64,000 nucleotides of DNA from Octopus vulgaris (Eukaryota), in contig OX597828.1 in the NCBI GenBank assembly GCA_951406725.2, positions 70,866,001 to 70,930,000 of the forward strand. Direction: 5' to 3'. Positions within the stretch are counted from its first letter, which is position 1. The number at the start of each line of letters is the position of its first letter. The notes below the pieces were generated by a model, which had not been told where the DNA came from, made no database searches, and saw only the letters and a program-made list of their open reading frames with translations. The translations under genes were made by a program, and so were the position numbers. This document shows, in pieces, positions 59,836-64,000 of the stretch.

Positions 59836-60761
59836 AATCTTTCTACTCTCGGCAGAAGGCCTAAAATTATGGGAGAGGGGACTAATTAGTTGCATTGACC
59901 CTAATGAGACATTTTGGGGTTTTTCTTTTACCCTTGATTTTAATTGTGATTTTGGTGGACAATTGCTAGAGGTCACGAGGTCATGAGGTCAACTAAGTGT
60001 GATGTCATTCTAAATTCTCATTTTGACCTGGTTCTTCAACCCAGTTCACCAATGGTTCATACGCTTCGCTGATTTTTGTGTGTGGCCTTTTGTCATGAAT
60101 GACATTCGGTCACTTCAACCTCTAATTTGACCATCATTGTCAGATACAGGATTTGTGACACACTGACCTTTAGTCATAAATCGTCTTTAGTCAAACTGAC
60201 CTTTGTTTATATGTAAGACCTCAAATACATTGACTTGTTAGTTCATGATTTGTGTATCACGATGATTCCTCATCACCACAACAACCACCACCATCACCAT
60301 CACCATCAACACTATCATCATCACTACCATCACCATTATCAACCCCCCCATCACTACCACCACCATCACTAACATCACCACCACTACAACTATCTCCACT
60401 ATTACTACTACTACTACTACTACTACTACTGCATCCTCACCAACACCACCATTTCCACCACATAGGTATTATTACCCCCACCACCTCCACCTTCAACACT
60501 CCACCATCACCATCAACACTATCATCATCACCACCATCACCATTATCAACACCCCCCATCACTACCACCACCTTCGCTAACATCACCACCACCACAACCA
60601 TCTCCACTATTACTACCACCTCCATCTTCATCACTACCACCATCACTATCAGCAAGACCACCATTACTACTACTCCTACCACAACCCATTCTATCATCCA
60701 CTTATTACACTGTCCCCATTGCCTATACATCACCTCTCTCATTCTCTTTCCTCCTCTCCAG

Positions 60762-60913
60762 AGACCCACCTGTTGCATTGGTCCAGCGTCGTCGGTGCAT
60801 CCCACAGCGCAGAGTACAACATCTGGCAGTATGGAGGGATGGCGTCCCGTGCAGTGAAGTACGTCTGTGAGTACGGCTCATCAAATGTCCTCGAGGGTGA
60901 AATGAGAAAACAT
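60762..60913 (+). CDS. SPON1: Spondin-1-like internal exon, Spondin_N (Q-THLLHWSSVVGASHSAEYNIWQYGGMASRAVKYVCEYGSSNVLEGEMRKH)
   Basis: Long pyrimidine tract plus ccag acceptor, and CAT|GTAAGT donor. 152 nt, phase 1 to 0. Matches HWSAIIGGSHSKNYVLWEYGGYASEGVK of F-spondin. Confidence 0.95.
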
Positions 60914-61385
60914 GTAAGTACAATGGCAAGGGGGGGGGTCAAAGATATGTCTTAGTTGTTGCAGGGGAGGGCGTAAAGAGGGAGGGGTTCGTGAGAGCAA
61001 AAATTGGGTTCTGATTGTTGTTGTTGTTGTTGCTCTTGTTCTTCTTGCTGTCGCATTGTTTTATAGATGTTGTTATTTTTCATTGATTGTCATTGTTGTT
61101 GTTGTTGTAAAGTCATTTCCATTTGGTGCTCAAAAGTTTCTGCCAATCTGCAATTATCAATAAAATAATGACCCTTTCTATTAAAGGCACAAGGCTTGAA
61201 ATTTTAGTAGGGGGAGTCAATCACATTGACCCGAGTAATTTATCGACCTCAAAGGGATGAAAGGCAAATTCAACATTGGTGGAATTTGAACTTGGCATGT
61301 AAAGACCGACGAAATACCTCAAAGTATTTCATCCGGCATGCTGGAGCAATTCTACCAGCTCACAGCCTTAATGATGATGATGATG

Positions 61386-61422
<37 letters not shown>

Positions 61423-61567
61423 GCTTTTTTAGCGTAGGCACAAGGTCTGCAATTTGTGGGGAAGGGAATAGTCGATTAAACTGACCCCAACATATATATA
61501 TATATATATATAGATATCTATATATATATATATATATATATATATTTCAAAATGTAACTACATTTGA

Positions 61568-61752
61568 ATCGTTGGCAATTTTCTTCCTCCGTCTTCCTTT
61601 CTATTGGACTTTCCTTCGTTTCTGAAGAAGAGCATCTGCTCGAAATGTTAAACCATCTTTCTTTCCTTCTCTGAGCATCTGCTAATACTTTACATGTACC
61701 ACGTCCTGTTGTTGTTGTATTTTTGTGTTTGTTCTTCTTTTTTGGATTTACT
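61568..61752 (+). mobile_element. ~190-bp hammerhead-bearing element, further copy
   Basis: Same body (gttggc.attt...ctgagc.tc..ctaatacttt...ggatt) followed by (TA)n. Confidence 0.7.
61618..61653 (+). ncRNA. Minimal type-I hammerhead ribozyme motif (near intact)
   Basis: GTTT CTGAAGA A GAGCA-TC-TGCTC GAAAT GTT AAAC. Core and stems I and II are intact; the stem III palindrome has become ATGT (wobble pairs only). Confidence 0.6.
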
Positions 61753-61766
61753 ATATATATATATAT

Positions 61767-62120
61767 ACTAGCACTATATACTAGCAACGCCAGGTCATAG
61801 TGCTAGTGCATGCATATACAGCTGCGTGCGTGCGCACATATACGCGAGTACTGTCCAAATCTCCGACCAATCACATACAGCTAGCAAGCTTTCAATTGGC
61901 GTATCAAGTTTCGGGCATTTTGATTGGGTTTTGGATAGAAAATTCACAAAAAAGTCACTTCTACTGATTTTTTAATGGCTTTGCGGGGTGACTGGGAAAA
62001 TGTAAAGATATGCACGACCACCCTTGGACGGTTTTGAATGACCATAGAAAGCGCGAGCCCTCTAACTGAAAAATTGGGGATTTGTATAAAAGACACACAC
62101 ACAGACATTTTGCCATTTAC

Positions 62121-62130
<10 letters not shown>
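61767..62130 (+). mobile_element. Possible Helitron-like non-autonomous element
   Basis: Begins ctagca... and ends ...acacagacattttgccattta before (TA)n. End style resembles invertebrate non-autonomous Helitrons; no coding evidence. Confidence 0.3.
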
Positions 62131-62169
<39 letters not shown>

Positions 62170-62172
<3 letters not shown>

Positions 62173-63387
62173 GGTGCATAAGGTTTTTGAGGACATACCT
62201 TTTTGGGGTCATTGCTGCATTATTGCTTTGTATAATCTTTGTTTCAGAAAATAATAATGGCAGACCCTCAGCTTACTCAAGAAATGAAGAGGCATGTTGT
62301 TATTGTGGTTATAAAGGCTGAGCTTAGCGATTTAGAAATATCTCGAATTTTAAAAGTTGCCAGATCTTTCGTCTACAAAGTTTGTAAGGAGTTTGAGACT
62401 GAAGAGGGAAACATATCACCAGTTTCAAAGCATAAAAAGCATTCTAAACGCTCTGAAATCATCAGAACACCTGAATTTATCCAGCAAGCTCAACAGACCA
62501 TTGATTACATTCCCAGAAAGTTCATGAGGCCAATAGCAAAAGATTTTGCAACAGAAATGTTGTCCACGAAGACATCAGAAATAAGTCTTATATGATGAGG
62601 AAAGGGGAATTTGTTAGAAAAAGCAAAAGAAAATCCCTACATCAGATCTAAAAGAACCTTAAATAAACTGAAAAATCCAACAAAAGAAGATTTGACTTGG
62701 TTTTTCCAAAACAAGAAAAACTCCGACCAAGATCAGAAAGTTAACAGAAGAAATGACAGATGGTTATGTGCAGACTCTTCTGAAGTTCCAAGTGTTGTGC
62801 ATACAAAATGTCTTGGTTTTAGGGGTTGTCAGCAATGAAGGACATGTGATGCCTCCTTACTTCTTTCCACAAGGCTTTTGAGTTAACTCTGCCACCTATA
62901 TTGAGGCCCTGGAAACAATTGTTAAGCCCTGTATAGACAGTGTCTGCAATGGAAGGCCATATGTGTTTCAGTAAGACTCTAGTAACACAGGAATGGACGG
63001 CTGAAAATATTCATGATCACATAACCCCTAAGATTTGGCCTCCTAATTCCCCAGACCTCAATCCATTGAACTATTACATGTGGAGCCTTGTTGAGAGAGA
63101 GGTCAATGATCACGCCCATAACACCAAAGATTCTTTGAAAGCTGCCATAGTCAGAGTAATGTCCAAAATGAACCAGGACCACTTGATTCGAGCATGTAGA
63201 TTATTTAGATCTCATATAGAAGCAGTTGTTGGAGCTGAAGGTGGCTTTATTGAAAAACATTATAGAAAAGAAGGTTTATTTTTATCATCATAACATTTTT
63301 TGATAAATAAAGTTATTATCTGTTATTATATTATATATCTGTTTTTTTAGAAACATAAATCTGTCCTGAAATATCTTATGTACCCTG
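62170..63387 (+). mobile_element. Tc1/mariner superfamily maT (DD37D-type) transposon, defective
   Basis: 26-bp TIRs (cagggtgcataaggtttttgaggaca vs cagggtacataagatatttcaggaca, 22/26 identical) with TA on both sides, enclosing transposase fragments. Confidence 0.9.
62257..63293 (+). pseudogene. Frameshifted maT/mariner transposase
   Basis: MADPQLTQEMKRH (HTH), WFFQNKKNSDQDQKVNRRNDRW, FQ*DS, WPPNSPDLNPLNYYMW and AEGGFIE are spread over several frames. The first and third catalytic Asp read as Asn. Confidence 0.88.
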
Positions 63388-64000
63388 TATGTCATCATCG
63401 TCATCATTTAACGTCTGTTTTCCATGCTAGCATGGGTTGGACGATTTGACTGAGGCCTGGCGAACCAGATGGCTATGTATGTGCGTGTGTGTGTGTGTGT
63501 GTGTATAAATATATACACACACATACACACACACATATATATATATATAGAAATACACACGCGCTCACTGTACCCTTCTCTCTTTACACCCTCTCTCTAT
63601 TTCATCTTTCACTCACTCGCCCTCTCGCTCTCTTTCTCCCTCTCTCTATCTCTCTATCTCTCTTTTTCTCTCTCTCTCTCTCTCTTCTCAATAGCCAGTA
63701 GCTACCCCAGGTGGATTCACCCAATTCAAATCTCCCCCACACAGTCCCTTCTCCTTCACCCTGTCCACCACCCCACGCATCCCTCTTATTTTGTCTGGCC
63801 TTCTCTGTCACTTCCTAACTACAGCAATAAATACAAGGGTTGTCATCCACCCACCACCCCAACCAGGCCCAGCGACAACAACTGTAGCTATACGACCACC
63901 ACTACCTCCTCCTCCACCATCTCCACTACAGCTACTACTACCTTCACCGTTACACGTATTTATCAACACCACCACCACTACCACTATTTCCATACCACCA

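Noticed and set aside
60296-60620. ~120-bp direct repeat and 201-aa Pro/Thr-rich ORF upstream of the last exon
   Set aside because: Low-complexity CAC/CAT DNA in a different frame from the spondin exon, consistent with ordinary local duplication.

Overview
AT-rich, extremely microsatellite-dense eukaryotic DNA. The SINE families and simple-repeat load point to an octopod cephalopod (Octopus-like); this is an inference. The only host coding sequence I can support is five internal + strand exons of an F-spondin/spondin-1-like gene: 37326-37429, 43603-43742, 54852-54928, 57586-57723 and 60762-60913. All have AG/GT sites and splice into one open frame covering the reeler domain and the start of Spondin_N. 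The first and later exons were not found, so most of the window is probably intron. The rest is mobile and repetitive DNA: three tRNA-derived SINE families, R4/Dong-type and Jockey/CR1-type LINE relics, a dead maT (DD37D) mariner, several MITEs, a Merlin-like element nested in a SINE, and fold-back inverted duplications at (TA)n tracts. The most interesting signal is a family of ~190-bp elements carrying minimal type-I hammerhead ribozyme motifs of the Penelope type, on the sense strand inside the spondin introns. One copy (54087-54121) is intact. Two further hammerhead-like families lie on the minus strand. Nearly all ORFs in the supplied track are microsatellite artefacts.
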